Source: an uncultured Planctomycetota bacterium
Lineage (GTDB): Bacteria; Planctomycetota; Planctomycetia; Isosphaerales; Isosphaeraceae
Length of the DNA stretch: 64,000 nucleotides
Direction: 5' to 3'
Assembly: GCA_963845755.1 (NCBI GenBank)
Contig: CAWJTV010000041.1
Span: forward strand, 384,001-448,000
Shown here: piece by piece, positions 9,481 to 18,963 of the stretch
How positions within the stretch are numbered: position 1 is the first letter of the stretch
How the letters are laid out: the number at the start of each line of letters is the position of its first letter
The notes under the pieces: generated by a model
What the model saw: only the letters and a program-made list of their open reading frames with translations
What the model was told of the DNA's origin: nothing
Databases searched by the model: none
Made by a program: the position numbers and the translations under genes

Positions 9481-10110
9481 TCAAGCGTGGACCGGGCAAA
9501 GCGCGCGCGTCGGTTCCGCGGCGGCCGGCCTCGCGGAGGCGCACACCGTCCGCTCATCCCCGGCAAGAAGAAGGCGTCCGGAGGGTGGCTGAGGGGGCGA
9601 GTCATCGGCAGCGCGACCCGTCCCGAGTCGGGACGAAACCCGCGGAACCGGCTCGATCTGCCGATTCCGAGAAATCACGCAAATCACAACAACCCTGTCA
9701 TTAATCGTCACCGGAATATCTTGCCCGATCCCTATAATCGTGGCTTCGTTTTCCTCGAAATCGCGTCCGAGGGGGGCACAGTGGGTTCGTTTTGTCGATT
9801 TCGCGTCGCTGGTTGATCGGACCAGGGCCTTGGGAATCGGACTGAACTGCTCATCCATAGGAATCGCTACGACCCTCTCAATCATCATCAGTGGCGAATC
9901 TTGCTTGATCGCCAAAATCGTGGCTTCGATTTCGTCGAAAGCGCGTTCGTCCTGGGGTGAATTGGCTTCGTTTCGACCAACTCGCGCCGGCTCCTGTCCC
10001 GCCACGCACCACTCGCCACCCGCCACCAACGAGCGGTGGCTTCGATTCGGCGATTCCGTTTTCCGACGATCGCCGAGTTCATCGATTTGTGCGTTCTGTT
10101 CGTCCCGCAT
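9481..10110 (-). CDS. Hypothetical protein overlapping dispersed DNA motifs (coding status uncertain)
   Basis: 209-aa ORF with AAGGTGG upstream. No recognisable domain; contains NEAN/NEAT/KRTH motif translations. Confidence 0.3.
   Translation of the reverse strand: MRDEQNAQIDELGDRRKTESPNRSHRSLVAGGEWCVAGQEPARVGRNEANSPQDERAFDEIEATILAIKQDSPLMMIERVVAIPMDEQFSPIPKALVRSTSDAKSTKRTHCAPLGRDFEENEATIIGIGQDIPVTINDRVVVICVISRNRQIEPVPRVSSRLGTGRAADDSPPQPPSGRLLLAGDERTVCASARPAAAEPTRALCPVHA
9736..10047. repeat. Dispersed TGGSTTCGWTT motif x5 plus CCACNNN heptamer x4
   Basis: Motif copies at 9741, 9782, 9921, 9963 and 10037. 9736-9760 and 9916-9940 match at 23/25. Heptamers at about 10002-10029. Confidence 0.8.
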
Positions 10111-10580
10111 CCGACCACCTTGTTATCTTATCTCTTTTGCGCACCCCGAACGCTGTGGCAAGTCCCATTACACTTAATTATACACACTTTTTCGGGGGCG
10201 ATATTTCGGCTCAGGGTTTTCCTGGGTCGGGTTGGGGCGATTGTGACGATAATGTGCCTCAAGTAGTGAGAGGCCATCCGCCTAGCGTGGATTCCTCCTG
10301 AGCACCCAGCGAGTCGTCTCCTTCGCCTTTCCTCGCGGACAGCCTTCGTCGGCCGGGTCGAAGAGGACCGTCGAGCGCAATTCATCGAGGCGTGCCTGCT
10401 GCGGGAATTCGACCAGACGAGTCTTTGCTTCTGTGAGGGAGGCCGTGGGACCGATCGGGAGATCAGAGCCAATCGCCCCGGAGCAAACAATGAGGGTTCC
10501 GCGAATGCGAGAGGCCACCGCCGTATGGAAAGCACCCATGCGAAGGCGCCTCACCGCGTAGCTCACCCATCCGATCAGGT

Positions 10581-12191
10581 CTACTCCGCCCCGACATGCT
10601 CCCCCGGCTCGGCTACCGAGCGCTTCATAAGCGGCACGAGAACGACGAGTGCCAGGGCGAGCACGCCGAACAGCCAGAAGACATCGAAGTAGGCCAGTGA
10701 AACCGCTTGCTGCTGGCGGAGGTCCGACAGTGCCTGCAAGGCCATCTCCTGCGACGCGCCCGGGTCACCCGTCTGCTGGAAGTAGAAGGCCCGGGCCTGC
10801 TGGAGGAACGAGTCCACCGCGGGATTGAGGGGGTCGAGAAACTCGCCCACACGCGCCGTGTGGAAATGTTCGCGCCGCCACTCGAGGGCCGGGGCCAGGG
10901 AAGTGCCGACGCTGCCCCCCTCGTTGCGGAGTAAGGAGAACAGGCCCACCGCGGCCCCGCGCAGATGGGGCGGGATGTACTTGAAGGCGGCCACGCTGAT
11001 CGGAGCGAAGATCAGCGAGAGGCCGGTGATCAACACCACCCTCGGCCAGATCACTATACTCGGACTGATGGACAGATTCATCAGCGCCATCCAGTAATTC
11101 CCGGCCGCCATGATCAAGAGGCCCCCGGCAATCAACCAGCGGGCATCGACGCCCCGGCCAATCAGGGCGCCGACAACGAACAATCCCATGACGGAGAAAA
11201 TGCCCGAGGGTGACTGCACGAGCCCCGAGACATAGGCGTCGTAGCCGAACTGGGATTGGAGCAGGCTCGGAAGGGACGTGCTGGCGCCGTAGAGCACACC
11301 GAACGCACAGAAGATGATGATGGAGGAGACTGTGAAGTTCCGCTCGCCCAGCGGCCGGAAGTTGACCACCGGATTGGCAATCCGCATCTCCCGGAAGACC
11401 AGGCTCCCCAGCCCGAGAACGAACAGGATGAAGAGCGTCTGCACCCGCCAGGACGGGTCGTTGTACCAGTCCCACTCCTGCCCCTTGCTGAGCATCACTT
11501 CCCAGCTCGACATCATCAGGGTGAGCAAGCCCAGGCCGATGTAGTCGAAATTGAGCGGTTGCCGGCGCAGCTCGGCCCGCTGCTTCTTGAGGTAGGCCGG
11601 GTCCTCGACCAGGAGGTAAGACAGGAGGAAGCCGATGGCGCCGACGGGGAGATTGATGTAGAAGATCCAGCGCCAGTCGTAGGTGACCGTGAGATAACCG
11701 CCCAGGGTCGGGCCGACGACCGGCGCCAGCAGGGCCGCCACGCCGAACATCGTCTGGGCGGCGCCTTGTTTCTCGGGCGGGAAGCTGTCCAGGAGGATCG
11801 CCTGGCTGGACGGCTGGAGTCCTCCACCGCCCACGCCCTGGATCACCCGGAAGAGGATCAGTTGTCCGAGGCTGGTCGCCATGCCGCACAGGCCCGAGGC
11901 GATCGTGAAGACGGCGATCGAGAGGAGGAAGTAGTTGCGACGGCCGAGGCGGGCCGATAACCAGCCGGTGATGGGCAAGATGGTGGCATTGGCCGCGAGG
12001 TAGCTGGTGAGGACCCAATCACTATCGACGTTCGCTGCCGATAGGCCGCCGGCGATGTACCGCAGCGCCACATTGGCGATCGTGGTGTCCAGCACTTCCA
12101 TGAAGGTGGGCACGACCACCGCGGCCGCGACGACCCAGGGGTTGATCGCCGGGCGGCTCGCGGCGGTCGGCGCCAGGGCCACGCTGCTCAT
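10581..12191 (-). CDS. emrB: DHA2/EmrB-family MFS efflux permease
   Basis: EVLDTTIANVAL, GWLSARLGRRN, APVVGPTLGG and WRWIFYINLPVG; many TM helices. Confidence 0.93.
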   Translation of the reverse strand: MSSVALAPTAASRPAINPWVVAAAVVVPTFMEVLDTTIANVALRYIAGGLSAANVDSDWVLTSYLAANATILPITGWLSARLGRRNYFLLSIAVFTIASGLCGMATSLGQLILFRVIQGVGGGGLQPSSQAILLDSFPPEKQGAAQTMFGVAALLAPVVGPTLGGYLTVTYDWRWIFYINLPVGAIGFLLSYLLVEDPAYLKKQRAELRRQPLNFDYIGLGLLTLMMSSWEVMLSKGQEWDWYNDPSWRVQTLFILFVLGLGSLVFREMRIANPVVNFRPLGERNFTVSSIIIFCAFGVLYGASTSLPSLLQSQFGYDAYVSGLVQSPSGIFSVMGLFVVGALIGRGVDARWLIAGGLLIMAAGNYWMALMNLSISPSIVIWPRVVLITGLSLIFAPISVAAFKYIPPHLRGAAVGLFSLLRNEGGSVGTSLAPALEWRREHFHTARVGEFLDPLNPAVDSFLQQARAFYFQQTGDPGASQEMALQALSDLRQQQAVSLAYFDVFWLFGVLALALVVLVPLMKRSVAEPGEHVGAE

Positions 12192-12262
12192 GCGGGGGCT
12201 CCTTCGTCGTGAGGAAAGACATAGGAGGGATCGCAAGGTTCCCTTGATTCATCCGTGCTCGG

Positions 12263-13906
12263 TCAGGGGCCGCTGGGGCCTTTGGGAACGGGAGGGTTCG
12301 ATGGCGCGGCTTCCCCGGAGATCGACACGACGGGCCCTCGTGGAAGCGCGCGGCGCGGTTGTAGCATCTCGCCGGCGTGTGGCCCAACGGGCCGTTCCTT
12401 GTAATACACATACGGGACGACCGACAGACCGACGAACAATGGGACCTTGTCGGGATCGTAGTTGGTCAGCTCGACGCGAACCGGCAGCCGCTGGACGATC
12501 TTCACGAAGTTGCCGGTGGCGTTCTGCGGCGGGAGCAGGGCGATGGTTTGACCGGTCCCCATGCTGAAGCCGGTGATGCGGCCCTCGTATTCGCGCCGGC
12601 TGCCGTACATGTCCACCTCGCAGCGCACCCGGTGGCCGATGCGCAGGTCGCCGAGCTGCGTCTCCTTGAAGTTGGCATCGATCCAGATCTCCGTGAGCGA
12701 TCGGACCGCCATGACGCTCTGCCCCGCCTGGACGTTATTGCCGGGGTTGACGTTGCGGCGGGTCACCAGGCCATCGATCTCGCTGGCGACGTCGCAATAG
12801 CGGAGGTTCAGGTCCGCCTGGGCGAGGTCGCTCCGGGCCTGGAGGAGCCTGGTCTCGGCCTGCCGGACCGCCGGCGCCTCCGGCACGATCCGCTCGAAGA
12901 TGCGGTCGATGTTCCCCGCCTTGTCGCGGCGCGCGAATTGATCGAGGGCTTGCCGGGGCGTCTGGGAAGAGGAGGTGAGGGGGAGGCCAACCTGCGCCAG
13001 GCTCTGGACCAGGGCGGCCAGCGCCTCGCGGACGCCCGAGAAGGTCTGGTTGAGGTCGGTGGGGACGTCCGCCAGGTCTCCCGTCTCGGGGCGCGGGGCG
13101 AGTCCGAGGGCGACCCGCGCCTCATAGACGTCCTCAAGGGCCTGCTTGGCCCCGGCTTCGGCCGTCCGCTGGGCCTCGAGGCGCTGGTCGAAGTCTTCGC
13201 GGGAGAGCGCGTTGCGGCTGAAGATGCCCTTGGCGCGGGCGAAGTCGGCCCTGGCGCGGTCGAGGGTCGCCTCCTTGCTCCGCAGGGCCGCGACCCGGGC
13301 CCGGAGCTGCGCGACCGCGTCGTCGACGTCCTCCATCGACCTCTGGAGCTTCCACCGCTGGCTCCGGGCCAGGGCCAGGGTGCCCCGGACCTGGGACCGG
13401 GCGACCTCCAGGTCGGCCTCGGCGTTGACCACGGCCGCCTTCTTGATGTCGACCTGGACCTGGTACGGCTCCTTGTCGAGCTGGACGAGCAGGTCCCCCT
13501 TCCACACGCGGTAGTTGTCATCCACCAGGACGCGGCTCACCAGGCCGGCGACCCGCGGGGCCACGAGCGTCACGTGGCCGTTGACGTACGCGTCGTCGGT
13601 GGAGACGGTGTTCAACATCGTTTCCACGTAAGGGATCAAGGAGTACCCGCCGGCCGCCAGGCCGACCACCACCCCCGCCCGCAGCAGCCATTTGCGCCAC
13701 GGGTGCGCCGGCGCCCCGGCCGCGGGCGGCGGGGTGTCCGAGGGGTGATCGATGCGTGCCGTGTCCGCGGCCCGGTGGTCCGGTCGGACGGCTGCATCGG
13801 CTCGCGGCGGGCGTTGGCCGTCCAGCGCCTCCGCCGGCGCGGCCCCGGCACGCGTCGATCCGGCCTCGTTTGCGGGTCCTGAACGCCCGTCATATGTGGT
13901 CGCCAT
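12263..13906 (-). CDS. emrA: HlyD/EmrA-family membrane fusion protein
   Basis: STDDAYV, WIDANFKET and LLPPQNATGNFVKIVQRLPVR. Confidence 0.93.
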   Translation of the reverse strand: MATTYDGRSGPANEAGSTRAGAAPAEALDGQRPPRADAAVRPDHRAADTARIDHPSDTPPPAAGAPAHPWRKWLLRAGVVVGLAAGGYSLIPYVETMLNTVSTDDAYVNGHVTLVAPRVAGLVSRVLVDDNYRVWKGDLLVQLDKEPYQVQVDIKKAAVVNAEADLEVARSQVRGTLALARSQRWKLQRSMEDVDDAVAQLRARVAALRSKEATLDRARADFARAKGIFSRNALSREDFDQRLEAQRTAEAGAKQALEDVYEARVALGLAPRPETGDLADVPTDLNQTFSGVREALAALVQSLAQVGLPLTSSSQTPRQALDQFARRDKAGNIDRIFERIVPEAPAVRQAETRLLQARSDLAQADLNLRYCDVASEIDGLVTRRNVNPGNNVQAGQSVMAVRSLTEIWIDANFKETQLGDLRIGHRVRCEVDMYGSRREYEGRITGFSMGTGQTIALLPPQNATGNFVKIVQRLPVRVELTNYDPDKVPLFVGLSVVPYVYYKERPVGPHAGEMLQPRRALPRGPVVSISGEAAPSNPPVPKGPSGP

Positions 13907-13970
13907 GGCGATTTCCTCCCCTTTCAGGCGGTCCCAGTTCCATGGATCGCTGTATTACGCCGGCAAGAAA

Positions 13971-14029
13971 GTAGGTCAGGCTTTCCAGCCTGACGCATCA
14001 GAAGAGTCAGGCCGGAAAGCCTGACCTAC
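13971..14029. repeat. GTAG-type REP doublet (REPIN), copy 1
   Basis: GTAGGTCAGGCTTTCCAGCCTGAC-spacer-GTCAGGCCGGAAAGCCTGACCTAC; two inverted hairpin units. Confidence 0.85.
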
Positions 14030-14730
14030 GTGAGGATCTTTGTTGCCGTAGTAGTACCGTCCGCAGAGCGATGGCGTCCCCGGAGAATCACGGCGCCCGA
14101 TCCGCGTGCGATCGGATGAGATTCGCCGAGGCACCGGGGGCGGTGCGGTGCGGTTTCCTCCGGAGCCGAAGCGGCAACGGATCGACTGGTCCCTGAGCCG
14201 CGCTCCGGCGCGGCCCGTTGGCCGGGCGTCTCCGGGGAGAAGTCGACCGTAGCGGTCACCGGTAAGCCGCCCCGATAGACCTGTTCGGGCGGCAAGACGG
14301 CGGGCTGGTCCCCCGACCAACGGCCGATGACAGGCGCGGCGCTGAGGGCGTCGTTGGCGATGGTGTTGCGCGTGACCGGCGGGATGCTCGCGCCGCCGGC
14401 GCCGTTGGCCCCGGAGCCGACGACGATCGTCACGGCGGCTCCCCCATTCGATCCAGTCGGCGCCGTCGTGGCGAGGCTGGGGACGCCGGCGCCGTTCCCC
14501 GGCAGCAGGCCGGCGACTCCCGCCGAGCCCGATATGGCCGACGGCGTGAGGAAGCCGGGGCCGCCCGACTGGCCGAAGGGATCGGCGGCGATGACGGGGA
14601 AGGGACTCAGCAGGAGGACGTAGCCGCCGGTCGTCAGCACGGTCGCACCCGGGTTGGGGACCACCGGGACGAGACGATCCTCCAGTTCGCAGGCCCGCAG
14701 GTCGGGACGGTACTTCAGAAGTGCCTTCAT
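14026..14730 (-). CDS. Hypothetical protein with planctomycete extracellular-type N-terminal motif
   Basis: MKALLKYRPDLRACELEDRLVP (ExLExR-like) followed by a Gly/Pro/Thr-rich body. GGAGG RBS. Confidence 0.6.
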   Translation of the reverse strand: MKALLKYRPDLRACELEDRLVPVVPNPGATVLTTGGYVLLLSPFPVIAADPFGQSGGPGFLTPSAISGSAGVAGLLPGNGAGVPSLATTAPTGSNGGAAVTIVVGSGANGAGGASIPPVTRNTIANDALSAAPVIGRWSGDQPAVLPPEQVYRGGLPVTATVDFSPETPGQRAAPERGSGTSRSVAASAPEETAPHRPRCLGESHPIARGSGAVILRGRHRSADGTTTATKILT

Positions 14731-14886
14731 AGTCTCACCTCCAGGGGACACGCAGTGGGAGCGGGGTGAGGACCTCGGGCATGTTCCGGCCATACTCGCC
14801 GATGTCCTGCTTGTGGGCGATCAGCCTGTCGCCGGCAGGTTGGTTCCGGGCTGGGGGTCCGCCTGGAATCTTGCCCGTGAGATACT

Positions 14887-15267
14887 TCACGAGTCGCGGC
14901 CTGGAGCCGCCCCTGCCCGACCGAGGAACTCGACCACGGTGCGGTCGCTCATCGACTCATCATCGGCCGGATGATGCGAGGCTTCGACGGCGACTCCGGC
15001 GTCAAGAGTCGCAAGACCCGGGGAGTCGCGCACCTCGATCTCATTGGCCGTAATTGGCGCCCGGGTCATGTCCATGAGCGCATGCTGCGCCAATTGCCTC
15101 GCATGGTGGGACCGGGTATTTCCGCTCAGGACCAGACCGGCCTCGCGGATCGACAGGCGGAAATCGCGGAGCCGCCCGCCCAGCCGCTGGCAGATCAGCC
15201 CTTCCAGCTCGGCTAGCGTCTCCGGCGTCAGCGGGTCGGGTCTCTCGATGTCGGGCTCACGACTCAT
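14887..15267 (-). CDS. Small BON-like domain protein
   Basis: RLRDFRLSIREAGLVLSGNTRSHHARQLAQHA...NEIEV resembles the BON fold pattern. Confidence 0.6.
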   Translation of the reverse strand: MSREPDIERPDPLTPETLAELEGLICQRLGGRLRDFRLSIREAGLVLSGNTRSHHARQLAQHALMDMTRAPITANEIEVRDSPGLATLDAGVAVEASHHPADDESMSDRTVVEFLGRAGAAPGRDS

Positions 15268-15540
15268 GGCTGTCCCTCTCTGGAGAAGCAACGGCCGACG
15301 ATTCACCTCTGGGTCCCCGCGGTTCCGTGAAAGCTGGACTGCAGGCTCAGTGGCGTGGTGTGAGGCGGCTGGAGGGGTCCACGGCCCGACCGGAGTTTGA
15401 GGAGATCCCGGGCGTGTCACCGGCCACGCCGAGTGACGCCAGGATCATCACCATTCCGGCTGCCCGCAGCCGACGGGGCAACGTGACCATCACGAGTTGC
15501 GTCCTGTGTCATCTCGGGCCTGAACAGATCCTCCGACCTT

Positions 15541-15617
15541 TCCTTCCCGACTTACTGAGCGTGGCAAGGGCGACGTGGGACCTGGTATCTCAGCGTCCGA
15601 CGAAGGCCACCCTCGAC
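15541..15617. repeat. 77-bp direct repeat, copy A
   Basis: 72/77 identical to 21665-21741. Confidence 0.92.
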
Positions 15618-15643
15618 ACTGGCGCGACCGCGCCTTGTCGGCG

Positions 15644-17097
15644 CTAGCCGTCCACCCGGACGATGAGCTTGCCGAAGTTGTGCCCCTCGAGCATTCCGAT
15701 GAAGGCCTCCGGCGCCTTCTCCAGCCCATCGACGAAGTCCTCGCGATACCGGATGCGGCCATCGGCGATGCCGGCACCGACCTCCCGCAGGAAGGCGGCA
15801 TAGTGCTCCGCGGCAAACTCGTAGTTGATGAAGCCGCGCACCGTCAGGCTCTTGAACAGGATCTCGCGCATGGTGGCGGGCAGCCGGTCGGGGCCGTCGC
15901 CCTGGCCGGCGGCGTTGTACTGGGCGACCAGGCCGGAGACCGGGACGCGCGCGAACTGGTTGAGCAGCGGCAGCACCGCCTGCCAGACTGCCCCGCCGAC
16001 GTTCTCGAAGTAGACATCGATGCCGTCTGGGCAGGCCGCCGCTAGCTGCGCGGCGAAGTCGGCGGCCCTGTGATCGACGGCCGCGTCGAACCCGAGCTCG
16101 CCCTTCACGTATGCGCACTTCTCGGGGCCGCCTGCGATGCCGACCGCCCGGGCGCCGGCGAGCTTGGCAAGCTGGCCGACCAGGGACCCGACCGGCCCGC
16201 TCGCCGCCGCGACGACGACGGTTTCGCCGGACTTGGGTTTCCCAATCACATACAGGCCGGCGTAAGCGGTGAAGCCGGGCATCCCCAGGACGCCGAGCCC
16301 CGTCGTCAGCGGGGCCACGGCCGGGTCGAGCTTGCGCAGGTCGGCACGGTCCGAAAGCGCGTGCGTGCACCACCCGGTCGGGGCCAGCACGATGTCGCCT
16401 TCCGTGTAGCCGGGGTCGTGCGAGGCGACCACCGTGGCAACGGATTCGCCGGGCATGACGCTGCCGAGCGGGGCCGGGGGCGCGTACGATTCGCGGTCGT
16501 CCATCCGGCCGCGCATGTAAGGGTCGAGCGAGAGATACTGCACCCGGAGCAGGACCTGCCCGGGACCCGGCGTCGGGATCGCGGTTTCTTCGAGGCGGAA
16601 GTCGGTCGGCCGGGGCTTCCCCTGCGGCCGGGCGGCTAGCCTGGATTCCCATGGAGGCAAAAACGGGGTAGGCTACGACGCAATCCATAAACGAAGCAAA
16701 ATTCGTCGAAGTGGGTTTTCCCCTGGATTTCAAGTGGTTCTGGCTTGAAACGGCTCATCGAAACGCCTCTCTCGATGTTAGGTGATCCGTAAACTGAAAA
16801 AAGAGCATCCACGGTGTCAACTCAATGCATCCACTGTGGTGAATTCGATAGATTTGTCGCAAGAACCCCTTGTTTTCCAGGAGGAAGTGAGATTCGATCG
16901 ACGAACATATCATCCATGGTGATCAAGTTAACTTAGTGGGAGACCCACCTTTAACTCTTGGAGGAGCATAACCAGTTCCGAGGCGAAAAGCTGAGTATCG
17001 CGGGCTTTTTTCCAATCATGCGGCAACAAATGTTAGCCCAATCTGCCTCCATGGGAATCCAGGCTAGGACGATCTGGCGAGCTTTGGCTGCGGACAT
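15644..17097 (-). pseudogene. NADP-dependent oxidoreductase (CurA/PGDH-like MDR) interrupted by a MITE
   Basis: YLSLDPYMRGRM, LGMPGFTAYAGL, AASGPVGS and DVYFENVGG. Removing 16640-17063 plus one CTAG restores a 1026-nt ORF, MSAAKARQIVLAARPQGKP... Confidence 0.9.
16640..17063. mobile_element. 424-bp non-autonomous MITE
   Basis: Perfect 20-bp TIRs CCTGGATTCCCATGGAGGCA (16640-16659, 17044-17063). CTAG duplicated at 16636-16639 and 17064-17067. AT-rich interior with no transposase. Confidence 0.93.
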
Positions 17098-17170
17098 GTC
17101 ATGTGCCTCCATCAAGGATGGTGAGCGTCCGGTTTCCGCCGACCGCTCCACCGAGAGCGGATGATCGGTA

Positions 17171-18006
17171 TCAGGCGCTCAAGAACAGCTTGGCGTGCTT
17201 CAAGAAGACCTCCGCATGTTGGTACTGAGCGCCGTGGTTTGAGTCGGGATACATGATGAGCTGCGCATTCGGTAAATGCTCTGTTAGGATGAATGCGTTG
17301 ATCGGGAGCACCACGATGTCTTTGGTGCCGTGCACGACGAGGGTCGGGTGCTTGATGTTTGTTAGCGTGGCGTACCGATTACTCGACGGCACCGCCCCCC
17401 ATTCGCGAATTGCATGCAGTTGCGCTCGGCCGTCCTCGGCGAGACGGGCCGGTCGCGGTCGGTGGTCCGCGCCGCCAATCGGTCCAGGTACGCTCGTCCG
17501 GCCGCTTGACTCGCAGCAGTGGGGGCGAAAAACGCGGCGAGCAAGAATTGGGCCGGGTCCGCCCGTTCCTCGGACGACAATTCCGTGAACGTCATACCCT
17601 CGCCGCCCCGCGGACCCGTCCCGAGGAGAATGATCTTGTTCACGCGGTCGGAATTGTCGAGCGCAAGCTGCTGGGCGATCATGCCACCCAGAGAAAAGCC
17701 GACGGCGTTAAACTTCATCAACCCAAGGGCGTTGCAGAACGCCACGGCGTGGCGCGCCATCTCAGAAACGGTTCCCGGCGTTTCGCCCCCGGAGCTCGCG
17801 ACCCCGGCGTTGTTGAAGAGGATGACGTCGTGATCGGCGGCGAAGCCGCCAGTGACCAGCGGGTCCCAGTCATCCAGGCTGCCTCCGAAGTAGTTCAGGA
17901 AGACGAGTGGGAGACCGCCCGGCTTTCCCCAGCGACGGTAAGCAAAGCGGATGCCGTCCGCCTCAACAAACCGCGTGGGCACGGTTAGCGCCGTCTGGGT
18001 ACTCAC
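17171..18006 (-). CDS. Alpha/beta hydrolase (frameshift near 17400-17430)
   Basis: GFSLGG nucleophile motif; PTLVVHGTKD and YPDSNHG in a second frame. GTG start with GGAG RBS. Confidence 0.85.
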
Positions 18007-18088
18007 TGTCTGATCTCCCCCTCCGCCAGCCAGTAAAGCGGTTGTGAACTTTCCAGCCTCGATATCTAGCGCGCGGACCCCCAAGCGA

Positions 18089-18804
18089 TCAGTCCGCGAA
18101 CGGAGACGCATTCATCAAGTCGCAGAAATTGGGGGCCTTGTAACCGGCGACATGCCGCTCCCCAATCCCGGCCAGGAAGTTTCCGGCCGCCGTCTCCGGC
18201 TTTCGGACCACAATCTCGGCCATCACCTTTTGGTATGCCTTCTTGAAGCCCGGACGAGGGAACACCGCGATCACTTGCGCGACCGCCTCCCTGGGGAGCT
18301 GGTCAATGCCGAAGCCAACAACATCCGCCGCCGCTCCGTGCTGACCAGGGCGATTTCCGGACGCTTGCGCTGGACGATTCCGCCTGAAGTGTGCAGCGCG
18401 ACCGCGTCCCAGACGATCTCGATCGACTCCTTCGGGACGCCCTTGTCCTGGAGGAACTCGGCCGCTGCGTCGGCCCCGTCCACCTCGAACCGCTGCTTGC
18501 CCATGAACCGCTCGGTCTGGCCGAGGTCGTGGAACACGGCCCCAAGGTAGAACAGTTCGCCGTCAAACTTCAGATTCATCGCCCGACCCAGGAGCGCCCC
18601 GAACACGTATGTCCGCAAGACGTGGTTGAACACGACCGGCGCGGACAGCTCGCGGACGTAGTCCGTCGCGTCCCGGGCCAGCTTGCTGTCCGGCCACTCG
18701 ACCCCCGCCACTTCCCTGGGAATGGGCCACGCCTCCGGGACCGCCTGGAGGACATCGCTCCACCCCGCCCCCTGAGTAACGGCCCCATCTTCTCTCGTCG
18801 CCAT
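18089..18804 (-). CDS. HD-domain protein (frameshift near 18335)
   Basis: NHVLRTY, FHDLG, RFEVDGADAA and WDAVALHT; C-terminus in the 18089-18274 frame. Confidence 0.85.
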
Positions 18805-18963
18805 GGTCGGCCCTCGATGGTTGGAAACGGTATTTTTCGAACCTCATCGGATGGTGCTTCGGCAGTCCTGTGCCGGGCAGCGAAATCGGGCATGGTCGCC
18901 GTGCCCTCCGGCGAGCCAACCGGGCGGCCGGAGAGGCTCATCTTGGCTATCCGGTTTGAAGGT

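Noticed and set aside
9736..10047. Motif cluster as a degenerate CRISPR array
   Set aside because: The conserved core is only 11 bp and spacing is irregular (41, 139, 42, 74 bp).
12377..13882. Long antisense or alternate-frame ORFs (also 18391-19896, 20288-21547, 24393-25688, 28930-30375)
   Set aside because: Shadow ORFs of well-supported genes, as expected at high GC; no motifs.
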